The notes beneath the pieces are model-generated. The model did not search any database, had not been told where the DNA came from, and saw only the letters and a list, made by a program, of their open reading frames with translations. A stretch of 64,000 bases of DNA from Blepharisma stoltei ATCC 30299 (taxonomy: Eukaryota; Protista; Ciliophora): the NCBI GenBank assembly GCA_965603825.1, contig CBFDEM010000057.1:434001-498000 (forward strand), read 5' to 3'. Below, piece by piece: positions 47,283 through 57,671 of this stretch. Positions within the stretch are counted from its first letter, which is position 1; every line of letters starts with the position of its first letter. Both the position numbers and the translations under genes were made by a program.

Positions 47283-48818
47283 TTAAGATAAATCAAATTT
47301 AACGCCCTGTGATAAAGGAAGCTCTGATGAGTAGTTAATAGCACATGATGACCTTCTCATATATTGTTTCCAGGAGTCACTGCCACTTTCTCTGCCTTCT
47401 CCAGTCTCTTTTTCTCCTCCAAAAGCTCCACCGATTTCAGCACCAGATGAACCCATGTTAACATTGACGAGACCGCAGTCAGAGCCATTAGGCCCAAGCC
47501 ATTCCCACATGTGTTTTAAGTTGTTGGTGAACATGGAGCTGGCAAGTCCTTGAGGGACTTCATTATTAATAGCGACAGCTTCTTCAAAGGTAGAGAATGG
47601 GATCAAGTATAGAATTGGGACAAAAAGCTCTTCTTTTACTATTGGGGCATCATGAGCAATTTCTACTATTGTAGGCTCGACATAGAAGCCAGGTCCTTCA
47701 ATGACATTTCCTCCTGAAAGAATGTGGCCGCCTTGAGCACGAATGGTAGCAATCCCATCAGTGAATTCTTTGACAGCAGCTGCTGTATGAAGAGGACCCA
47801 TAAGGTTGGTAGGGTCTAGAGGGTTTCCGATTTTAATGTGCTTATAGGCTTCCACAAGTCTAGTTTTGACAGTATCATATTGTGAATTGTGGACTAAAAG
47901 TCTTCTGAGTGTGGTGCATCTTTGACCAGCAGTTCCAACAGCAGCAAATAAGCAAGCTCTGAGTGCAAGCTCAACATTGCCGTCGTCCATAATGATGACT
48001 GCATTGTTTCCGCCTAGTTCGAGAATGGTTCTTCCAAATCTGTTGTGAACAACTTGGCTTACGTGTCTTCCAATGGAGGTTGAGCCTGTGAATGAAATTA
48101 ATTTGACTCTGTGATCTGCCATTAAGGCTTCTCCTACGCTTCCGCCAGGTCCGACAACCATTGTTACCACTGCTGGTGGTATTCCATTTCTTACCAAGAC
48201 CTCTTCCATTACCTTAGTGAATGCTATTGATACCAATGAAGTCGAAGATGCTCCTTTCCAAATTACACAGTTTCCACAGACAAGTGCAATAGCTGCATTC
48301 CAGCCAAACACAGCAGCTGGGAAATTAAAAGCAGTGATGACTCCAACAATTCCTAATGGGTTCCATATCTCCAAGAGCATATGCTTGCTGCGTTCTGATG
48401 GGAAAACTTTTCCATCAAGCTGTCTTGATAAGCCAAGTGCATAGTCGCAGACGTCAATAAACTCTTGAACTTCTCCTAATCCTTCACTTAGGGATTTTCC
48501 CATGACAAGGGTAACTAATCTTCCTAAGGCTTCTTTTTTGGCACGTAAGGCTTCTCCTATCTGACGAATAATTTCACCTCTACGAGGAGCTGGGGTATTC
48601 CACCAAACCTTTTTAGCTGATTCAGCATTTGCCAAGCAAGTTTCTAATTCTTGTGGAGTGGCTTGCTTAACATGGGCTATTACACGACCATCATGCGGAT
48701 TTATAGCTGGAATTTCTGAGCCTTCTCCAGACCATGATCCGCTGAAGCAGCCGTGATTTGTTTTGTGAATACCTATCTCGGCTAAGAAGGAAAATTCGTC
48801 GTAGCTAAGATCGGCCAT
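47283..48818 (-). CDS. ALDH7A1: Aldehyde dehydrogenase family 7 (antiquitin / alpha-aminoadipic semialdehyde dehydrogenase)
   Basis: ITAFNFP, LELGGNNA, AVGTAGQRCTTLRR, SGAEIGGAFGGEKETG, GSDSWKQYMRR, LPLSQGVKF. Confidence 0.96.
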   Translation of the reverse strand: MADLSYDEFSFLAEIGIHKTNHGCFSGSWSGEGSEIPAINPHDGRVIAHVKQATPQELETCLANAESAKKVWWNTPAPRRGEIIRQIGEALRAKKEALGRLVTLVMGKSLSEGLGEVQEFIDVCDYALGLSRQLDGKVFPSERSKHMLLEIWNPLGIVGVITAFNFPAAVFGWNAAIALVCGNCVIWKGASSTSLVSIAFTKVMEEVLVRNGIPPAVVTMVVGPGGSVGEALMADHRVKLISFTGSTSIGRHVSQVVHNRFGRTILELGGNNAVIIMDDGNVELALRACLFAAVGTAGQRCTTLRRLLVHNSQYDTVKTRLVEAYKHIKIGNPLDPTNLMGPLHTAAAVKEFTDGIATIRAQGGHILSGGNVIEGPGFYVEPTIVEIAHDAPIVKEELFVPILYLIPFSTFEEAVAINNEVPQGLASSMFTNNLKHMWEWLGPNGSDCGLVNVNMGSSGAEIGGAFGGEKETGEGRESGSDSWKQYMRRSSCAINYSSELPLSQGVKFDLS

Positions 48819-49514
48819 TAAAATTATAATACGAATAATTTCATTCTTAGATGTGGCTATATATAGATATAATAGAAGAGGAAATTAAATTAGCAGAAAA
48901 TCAAGGCTTTGATGAGATTTTCAGATATGATAAAAATCGTTATTAGTAATTGTCCATAAATGCATTTTCGAAGGTTTGCGCTATGAAGATATGAAAATTA
49001 GCATGCACACAATAAAATATGAATAAATTATAAAATTGATCAAAGATTTTTAAATTATTAAAGGCAGAAATAATTAATGAGTTTTAACATATATTTAATT
49101 GCTACTTTCTTTCTATGCTAAAGGAAATATTTAGATAGAAACATGAAAAGAGATAGCTGAATAGGATTACTCATTAATAGCTAAATAAAGTTAGAGCTAA
49201 AAGATTCTACTTCTCCAAATCCGAATTGCTACTAAAAAATCAAGAGGCATTATTTTTCAGCTTGGATTTGTATGCTCCATATGGTGCGCCTTGAAGTCCG
49301 TTTTACGTCAGCATCGCAATTTTATTTTTCTTTAACCACATTAGGAATTATAAAAATGAAAGTTCTTTAGAATTAGCAATTTTTTAATTTCCACTACTCT
49401 TATCATGCACTACAAGTTTTTGGATATAAGAGAAAGTCATTAATAAATTCAAAATTGCATATTTTAACGTAAAAAATTTAGCTTACAAATTTGGAGATCC
49501 ATTACTAGCATTTT

Positions 49515-50384
49515 TTAATCATTTTTACTTCTAGACTTTTTAGGAGATAAATCTGGGAATTTTATAGAGCTTCTTAAAGTGATTGCCCATCGCCCTTCTT
49601 CAGAATCATGCTTATTAGGTAGCTGCTTTCATAGCCCATATTTCTCTAGAACTCTATTCGATATAGGGATAATTTCTTCTTTCGTTAGCGTGCTTGAAAT
49701 TATAGTGTTCCTATTATTTTCGTCATCTCCATTTATTCTCATCAGCAGTTTGTTTAGTTTTTCCTGCTTTTTCTTCTCTTTTAGTGACACTTTTTCTTTT
49801 GAAAATTTTAGACTTCCATGAAGATCCATTGCCATGCTTTCAATTTCTTTAAAATGCGTCTTAAAATGATAATAATCGAAGCTTTCTTTTCCTCCACTGA
49901 GTGTTTGCTTTGCTGAGCCGTCAAAATTTGTATAAAACGTTTTTGAATCTGAATTAGGTGGCAGAGAAGTATCAAATAAGCTTCTCTGGACTCTTCGCGA
50001 TTCAGAAATCCTTTCCCTTTCTGTATTAAAATTAAACTTCAATGGTGGCTGGATTTCTTTGTCTTTTTCTCTTGGTCGTAGCCTAAATATGCTTCTCTTT
50101 GAAGAGCTATCAAGTGACAGTTTTTTATCGAAATTTTTGAAGCTGTTTGTAAGCTTTGATCTTTTATTTCTTGATGGTGCTACGCTTATTGACCTTTTAG
50201 TGTTTTCCAAATCAACTTCTTTATAAAGCTGAAGAACAGTTTCATTCATTCTCATCCTGAATTTCTTTTCATATCGATCATCTATGATCTTTTTCTTTTT
50301 TTCTTCAATTATCATCTTCATCGTCTTTGAGTATCTTTCTTCGTTTTCTCTTCTGAGTTTATCATAGGCATATACATTATACAT
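49515..50384 (-). CDS. Hypothetical basic protein (289 aa)
   Basis: Track ORF extended through TGA 49629-49631 to TAA 49515-49517. Confidence 0.72.
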
Positions 50385-50412
50385 TTATATATAAATAAAT
50401 ATTAAACTAATT

Positions 50413-51744
50413 TTACTTAGAATCCTCAGCTTTCACTTCAATAGAATCAGCAGCATTCGAATCATTTTGATCGATTATAACTTGCCTGAAATCGTCGTTT
50501 CTCTTGCTATACGCTATACAGAAAATAACTGCCATCGCAATAAAAAATACATTTGATGACAAAATCGCATACGGCCCAAAAGTTGAACACATCGTGGGCT
50601 CTTCATGTACCTTTGCCGTACCTCTGCAATCAAAAGTCAGCTTCGAATTACTTAAGGTGAACCATATAATAGTAGCAACAAAATTAAACATTGCAACACT
50701 AATAGCCCAAATCTATATAAAGCTTACATAATTCATAAAAGGAATTCCATAGTCTTTTTTCGCTGCTATGTGAAAATATGTTTGTAAAAAGAAAATTGAG
50801 CACAGCAATGCAAAGCATTCAAGGACCGCATAGCTATTATAAGCATCATACAAGTGCTTATAGATCTGGCAAGTCCCTGTTGTGGAGTCAACTAAGCAAT
50901 AAAACGTTGCTAAGCAGCCCCAATTCATGTCAGTGAACTCTTCTTCACAATCTATACAGTTAGAAAGCCCACCTTCCCAATAGCTGTCAACTGAAATTCT
51001 TAACACCCATCGATTTACAATAAGCGCTGAAAATATAGTAATCATCCCGAGAACAAAGAGCCAGCCAACTGAGCCCATCCAACGATTGAATTTGTATCGT
51101 TTGGCAAGGCCGTCTAAAGAGATAGAATTTTCTATCCATTTTCTGTCTGGCTGCCTGTGTAAAACAATCGCTAATAATAAGAATGATAAAAGACACAGCA
51201 AGCAATTAATTTTAGCGATTTGAGGGCCATTTTTGGCCTCAAACGAGATTTCTATAGGATTTTCTTCAACGCCATATGAAATAAACTCTACTGGGTTTAA
51301 TTGATACCACGCTGATATGGCTATTATATGCCCAATCATCATAAAAAACGACAATACATATAGTGTTACGTTTTTACCCTGCCTTTTGTCGCTCATAAGT
51401 AGGATGAGCTTTTCCAGCAACACCAGCCCAATGATAAAGGAAAAAGCTTCTAGTGAAAAATAGGCGTAAGCCGACCTATTGTTGCTTGAGTAGATTTGGC
51501 AGTCTCCAATAATGTCTTTCGAGTCGCAAATATTTGAAAAGCACTGCCAGCTCCATCCATTGTACATTTCTTTACAATTTTGGCAATTAAAAAGGCTGAA
51601 CTGATACGACTCATCATTTTGGCTGAGGGTGGATCACTGAGGGTGAAAAACTGAGACCACCATGAGAATTAGACAGATAAAGGTTGAAAATACTGGAGCA
51701 AGTAGAGTCTTTTTCGGCCAAATTTTTTTGTCTTGGGTTTCCAT
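50413..51744 (-). CDS. Eight-TM protein of two tandem claudin/PMP22-like modules (paralogue 1), one 15-nt intron
   Basis: ATG 51744; each half has TM-W..(S/G)L..CxxC..W.C..C..C-TM-TM-loop-GP-TM; intron 50713-50727. Confidence 0.8.
50713..50727 (-). other. 15-nt spliceosomal intron
   Basis: gtaagctttatatag with an in-frame TAG. Confidence 0.88.
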
Positions 51745-52030
51745 TTTATTAATCTGTAAGTTCTTTGAATTTGTAATGGATGCAATACTGACAGAATAGG
51801 TTAATTTTTTTTTTATATCAGATTTCGAATATACATTCGATTAAAAGTTAATTTTAAAATATTTGAAAAATTGTTTTCTAGCCATAATATGGATCAAACG
51901 TTTTATAATTAAATTTATAACTGATAGAAAACATATATTTTTTATTAAAAAATGTAGATAAGCATAGTTTTTAACCAGCTGAAATATTGAGTAAATTTGG
52001 TTTTTTGATTAAAAAGTTGATAGGAAACTA

Positions 52031-53395
52031 TTAATCGCTTAATATTGTATTATTTTTAAAATCTTCAATGCGCGACTTTTCATGAAACTTAGAAATTCCC
52101 TGCTCTTGGCTTTCCTGAAGCTTAATTATAGATTTGTAATCATAATTCCGTTTATAAAATATATAGCAATACAGAGCCGTCATGAAAATAGAAAAAAAGT
52201 TTGATACCATAAGTAAATGAGGCCCTAATCTTGAACATGTAAAAATATGCTTATGCGGTTTAATTTTTTTTTTGTTACAGTGGGAATCCAATGCCACATC
52301 ACTCTCCATAAACCATAAAACTGTAGCAGTAATATGGAATACTGATAGCAAAATTGCGTAAATCTGCATAGGAATTACATATGTCATATAAGCTGAGCCA
52401 TAAATTTTTCGATTTAAAAAGTATATATAGGTTTGAATAAAGAAAACTGAGCAGAGTAAAGCCAGCCCATCAAAAAATATATAAAGCTTATAAGCATTAA
52501 ACATATGAGAATAAAGCTTGCAGCTTTTTGATGAAGGAGAAACGAAGCATTCACGAGCAACTAAGCACTCCCAATCAAAATCAGGGATTTTTGGTTCACA
52601 AGCAACACAAGATGAGAGTCCTCCTCTCCATAAGTTATCTTTAGTGTGCCGCTCTACTCACTCTTCATGATAAACAGTAAAAATTACTATAAGAAATAAA
52701 ATAAAAAATAATAGCCCAACAATTATCAATAATAGTTCAACTCTGATAAATCATATATACCGAGCAAGAGGCTCGCTATTTGATATATTTTCTCTTTGTT
52801 TTCATATCAGGATCATCAGCGAAATAAACGCGAAACTACAAATAAAAATATTAGCGAAAGCTAAAAATGGTCCATTTTCTGCATATACACATGGCTTTTC
52901 TATAGAGCACTCTTCATTAGATTTATACCAATTTGCATCATTTAATACTGATCATATATATATAGCCATCACATGAGCAATGAGCATGAAAGCAGCAAGT
53001 AAGCACAAAATAATTTTGCCTCCATAATTCTTATCAAAAATTACCAAAATTATCTTTTCAACTACCATCAGCCCAGAGATGATCGCAATAATTTCAAATG
53101 AAAAATAAAAGAATGAAGCTTTTGATCCGTTGTTATATGCTATGCAGTTTCCGGAACTGGAATCGTCATAATAACAATAGTCAGAAAAACATTTCCAGCT
53201 TCAATCCTTCAAATAATTCACACAATTTTTGCACCTATAAAGACTCATTTCGTTTGATATTTCACCTTGATCAAGGGTAGATCATTTCTTAGCAGTTAAT
53301 GATATAATCATTACCAAAACACTAGCAGAAAATAATGTTAAGGGCAAAAATAGTGTTTTCTTCGTAAATAGTCAGCTTCTATCAGCAGTTTGCAT
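52031..53395 (-). CDS. Eight-TM double claudin-like protein (paralogue 2), one probable 15-nt intron
   Basis: ATG 53395, continuous frame with many TGA; aligns with 50413..51744 (KKTL, WSTL, SL..C.NC, WSW.CF, W.GGLS.C..C). Confidence 0.8.
52364..52378 (-). other. Probable 15-nt intron without a stop codon
   Basis: gtaattcctatgcag; same position (after ..Y.TY/NY, before I) as the intron in the paralogue, with T9-A10 conserved. Confidence 0.8.
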
Positions 53396-53954
53396 ACTTG
53401 AGTTATATTTAATAGCGATATGTATGGAATTAGAATTATGGTTAATTTATGGTAACCTGAGCAGCTGTCTAGTTTATTTTTTAACTATTTTTATTTTATG
53501 AAACCGTGGCTACGCTGCTTGCTTTAAGTAAAGAAAAGCTTTCAAAATATAGCATTTTAGGAAAATTGTTTATAATTTTTAGCCAATTTTTACTTATTAA
53601 TAGAGAAAAAAATTATAATTCATCCTGTGTAGAATTGAAGGTTTTTAATTAAGTTTTACCATTTCTTTGTTTTTCTAAAAGTTCAATTAGCCATATAAAT
53701 AACCTATAATTCTTCCATTTAAATGTATAATAGGTATAAATTAAGATCTCATTTTTGATTTATACAGGATTTAAATTTTTACAATAAGTAAACATAATTT
53801 ATGATTTAGAAGCATGGATCGAATACGAGGTTGGATAAATGTTTTAATTTCCTATTAGTATATAAAGCAGATATTCATACTCTATATATAAAATGCAACT
53901 TATTTTAATAAGATTCATATTTAATTTATACATTGTTTTGCTAATTTTAATATC

Positions 53955-55265
53955 TTATTGGCTGCTCCTCAAAAACGATATTCTTTCGTCACAAACATTC
54001 ATCCTCACAATAGTAGAGCTGGTCACAAAACTCGGAAACTCCACATCTAGCTTATTGATTTTATTAATCCTCCAGCTTTCATACTGCCGCAAAAATTCCC
54101 TATTTTCTTCATTTTCTTCATTTCCTCCATTTTCCAGCTTTTCAAGAACCTCTCTAAACTGGTCAATCCTCATCCCTTGTGGGCCAACATGCTTAGCTCT
54201 TATACACATTGGATAATCGTAAGCTTCTATTTTATCAGCAAATTTCAGAATTTTTATTCTAAACCTCACATTTTCTTCATCATCAATTTGATAATTAAGC
54301 TCACAATAATCAGGGTGCAAAGGGTCGACTAAAACTGTATTTCTCATATATTCTCGCTGTTCAGCCTTTTTTTCTTCACTTAAGCCTGAATCTCCTAAAT
54401 AAATTGGTTTTTTTTCTAAATTAAAAAACACAAATTTATAGTTAGGATATTCACTAGGGACATATCCACAAATATCGCAAATTGCCATATGGACTTGGTG
54501 GAAGGTAGATAAATAGTCCATTTGGACAGTCCTCATAATAATCCTGGGAAGGTTAAGCATTTCAAATTTAAATTCAATAACGATTTTTTCATGAACAATT
54601 GAGGTTAGTTGACCTTTGATTTTTCGACGGTGGATTTTTTGGAAACTTTCAAAGAGGCATTTTGAGTGGGATTTTAATAATTCCTCTTCAGAAACTCGAG
54701 GTAAATCGTAAACTCCAGCTTTAAGACTTGTGTTTCTGCGAGGGTTTTTTAAAGGATCCCAAGGAAGTCTGCGGCCTCTATTACGCCGTGGAGGTGGGGG
54801 AGCTCCTGGTGAAGGTTCAGCCAAACTTCCAGTCATTCTTTCCATAAAGTGACGATAGCATCGAATATTTTGGCTAGTTGGTGGAGGCTGCGGCAAAATT
54901 TCTTTATTTGGTTTGAATAATAATATTGCGTCTTCTGGTTTTAGAATTGTGAGTTTATCGAGTTTCAGAATATCACCAAGCTTAACATCGTTAGGGGAAA
55001 TAATTTTATTCCTTTGCTTAGCTGTTAGGTCTACTAATTCTTGGATTTCTATATCTTCTTCTTTTACTGGGACAATTTCCATTAATTCATCTTTTATTGG
55101 AGTATTTTCTATGATCATTTCTATATCACTATCACATTCATCTTTTATTATGTGAGCATTGCTGTCTGGATCATAGTATGGATCAAAAATTTCTATATCT
55201 GATAGATCGTCAATTTCATAGACATAAAAATTGCCCTCGAGTACTGTTAGATCTTCAATTCGCAT
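53955..55265 (-). CDS. Hypothetical protein: acidic N-terminus, C-terminal pRiA4b ORF3/MM3350-like domain (436 aa)
   Basis: Clean ORF; PRIIMRTVQM..STFHQVHMAI..ICGY and LNYQID..YPMCIRAKHVGP resemble the PF07929 pattern (recalled, not searched). Confidence 0.7.
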   Translation of the reverse strand: MRIEDLTVLEGNFYVYEIDDLSDIEIFDPYYDPDSNAHIIKDECDSDIEMIIENTPIKDELMEIVPVKEEDIEIQELVDLTAKQRNKIISPNDVKLGDILKLDKLTILKPEDAILLFKPNKEILPQPPPTSQNIRCYRHFMERMTGSLAEPSPGAPPPPRRNRGRRLPWDPLKNPRRNTSLKAGVYDLPRVSEEELLKSHSKCLFESFQKIHRRKIKGQLTSIVHEKIVIEFKFEMLNLPRIIMRTVQMDYLSTFHQVHMAICDICGYVPSEYPNYKFVFFNLEKKPIYLGDSGLSEEKKAEQREYMRNTVLVDPLHPDYCELNYQIDDEENVRFRIKILKFADKIEAYDYPMCIRAKHVGPQGMRIDQFREVLEKLENGGNEENEENREFLRQYESWRINKINKLDVEFPSFVTSSTIVRMNVCDERISFLRSSQ

Positions 55266-55764
55266 TTGCTATATAAATAATAAAATATAAGCCCCCTTAT
55301 TTTTTAGTACAATATTTTTAAAGAACTTTATAAAATATTTATTTTACATAATTTTAGTTAAATAAAAATGTAAAACTTATAATATTTTTAGAATGATTAA
55401 AATTTATACAGCCTAAATGGGAAATCTATTAAAAACTTTTAATATTTTCTAGTATTAATGGTCCATCTGAATATATCGTTCAGCTCACGCTATTTAGTTT
55501 TATTTTTGGGTGTTCATTTACTTTTAAATTTTATATTATCTATATTAATAAGTATTATAGCAAAGCATAAAAAGTAATCTGTGAATAATTACAAATGATT
55601 TCTGTATGAATTTAATTTAATAATTGCTAAAACATCAAAAAAAAGCCTGACTAATAGCATAATAATTTACTTAATATAAAATAGCCATATATCTAAAATT
55701 ACATAACTCAACGATAATAAGAGTTTTCCACATTAAGGTATCAATAACCTTTTAAATATTTTAT

Positions 55765-56196
55765 ATGGAGCCATCTTATTTTAAAAGTCCTTTATATCGC
55801 TATTACACTCCTTTTACCTACAAGTACCAAGATGACCCACCTCTCTTAATCCGCATGCACACAAACAAACTATTTTTAGTATTTTTGTCAGAAAACCACC
55901 CCATTAAAAACGAAAATGTCCTCGAAGTGAAATTCATACACAACACAGATGGCTTGTCAGGTAAAAGAAAAAGAAACGCTCCATTGCTTCAGCCTGCCAC
56001 AAGACTTGCAGTTGTAAGAACAGAAAATTTCACCTATGTTATCAGAGCTGGCGTTGAGGGGAAATTAATAGAGCTAAATGAGCTTCTTTTAACAAACCCT
56101 AATTTATTAAAAGAGCCAGAAGGATATTTAGCAATAATGATGCCACCTCTACAAAAAATAAGTTCAATAGTGAAAAGGCTGACTGAGGATAAATAA
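55765..56196 (+). CDS. ABITRAM: Abitram / FAM206A (Simiate) family protein
   Basis: HTNKLFLV.L.ENHP, SGKRKRNA..LQP, IRAGVEGKLIELNELL..NPNLL..EGYLAI. Confidence 0.88.
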   Translation: MEPSYFKSPLYRYYTPFTYKYQDDPPLLIRMHTNKLFLVFLSENHPIKNENVLEVKFIHNTDGLSGKRKRNAPLLQPATRLAVVRTENFTYVIRAGVEGKLIELNELLLTNPNLLKEPEGYLAIMMPPLQKISSIVKRLTEDK

Positions 56197-56216
56197 TCCG
56201 CTAATTATCTTGAGAA

Positions 56217-56342
56217 ATCATATATTTTTAGTATTAATTTTAGTGAAATGTGCAGATGGAATAACTTCTTAAACAATATAATGGATTTATCATATATTTT
56301 TAGTATTAAGTTTGTAGATGTAATACTTAAAATGGATTTATC
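56217..56342. repeat. Degenerate tandem duplication spanning the start-codon region
   Basis: atcatatatttttagtattaa at 56217-56237 and 56289-56309; atggatttatc at 56281 and 56332. Confidence 0.75.
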
Positions 56343-57498
56343 CAATTTTGCTACAGTCTGAGGGAATTTTATTGACTCCAATGACCCTGATCTGCAGGAG
56401 AACACTAGACTTGCGCTATATTCCTTATCAACTCTTATGCTTGAGCAATCGCTTCCACCCAAATCAAAATTATTCTTCACAGATCTCCAATCGAGAACCT
56501 TAAACTGAGAAACATTTAACAAAAAAATTGGAAATGTGAAGAAGAGCGTTGAAAAATTGCATGATTTCTTTAAGCAGAGGCCATATGAAATGAACAGAAG
56601 GGCACCTCAGATCAGAGGAAGCAGATGAGGCTCAGATATGCCTGGTAATATGGAAAATTCTAGGGAAGATTATTCTGAAGAAAGAAAATTATCAAATTCT
56701 CAAGAACAGAAATTTTCAGGTGAGGGCCAAGTAAATAGAAATTCCCAAAATAGAAAAATAGAAGTTCAAAATATCTCAATATTAGATTCCCCAAGACCAT
56801 ATAGACCTGAAGAATCTAAACTAACTGTTCAGCCAAAATATTTAGAAATCACAGAAATTTCTCAGCCAAAGTCCAAACCTGTTTTAATCCCAATCTCTAA
56901 AGATATCAAAGTTTTACTAGGAAAACCTACATTTGAGGCATCAGACCACTTTATATCACATCCGTATGCTGCGAACACAGTAAGATTATTTGTAAGAGAC
57001 CAGAAGATTTTTGTATCTGAAACTGTAATTCCTCCTAGTAACCCCATAATAGATAGTATGAAAATACGCAAATCCTCAAACCTTATACAAGTAAAATCAA
57101 TGAGCCTCTCAATGGGCATGGTTTTTGTTTTTGGAAAGAATGAAATAGTGGTTAAAGCTACAAATTTTACCGGAGATCTTGTGCTGGAAATTTCAGGAGG
57201 TCCAAACCCTTTTACATATGAAAGGGTTATTACTAGCTATACTCGCATTGGATGCAATGCAAATTGTGAGTTGCAGCTTGATAGAGATGAAGAAATACAG
57301 CATTTTCACGCAAATTTAAAAAAAATAGAAAAAAGTTGGGTAATTGAAGCATATGCTGATAACATATGATTATGGATGGGAATGCATTTGAGAAACAGTG
57401 CTTCTGGGCGCAGAGATTCTAACGAATATCAAATTTATAATGACTCGTGCATAAGGATACATGACAGCAAATACCAGGTGCGCCTTGTTGCCGCCTAA
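56332..57498 (+). CDS. Hypothetical protein with C-terminal degenerate FHA-like domain
   Basis: Frame open from ATG 56332 (alternative in-frame ATG 56281) through 4 TGA to TAA 57496-57498; TRIGCNANCELQL..IQHFHANL..WVIE. Confidence 0.7.
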
Positions 57499-57561
57499 TC
57501 AAAAAGTTGCGTCTTGTATCCGCCAAGTTATTCAGGTGCGTCTTGCTACCACCTAGTTAAA
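57475..57561. repeat. Three degenerate 29-bp tandem repeats overlapping the stop codon
   Basis: caggtgcgccttgttgccgcctaatcaaa / aagttgcgtcttgtatccgccaagttatt / caggtgcgtcttgctaccacctagttaaa at 57475, 57504 and 57533. Confidence 0.8.
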
Positions 57562-57671
57562 CTTGGCTTACTTGGAAGTTTAGTAAATAGTAATATTCAT
57601 TGTTTAAAATGTTTGCAAGTTTAATGATAGCATATATATTATATACATATTTATATCTAAATAAACACTAT

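Noticed and set aside
49257-49314. Possible box C/D snoRNA on the minus strand (ATGCTGA ... CTGA)
   Set aside because: Imperfect C box, only 58 nt, no terminal stem, and at most a short putative guide; needs an Infernal/snoscan test
57475-57561. CRISPR-like array
   Set aside because: Head-to-tail degenerate repeats with no spacers or cas genes, in a eukaryotic context
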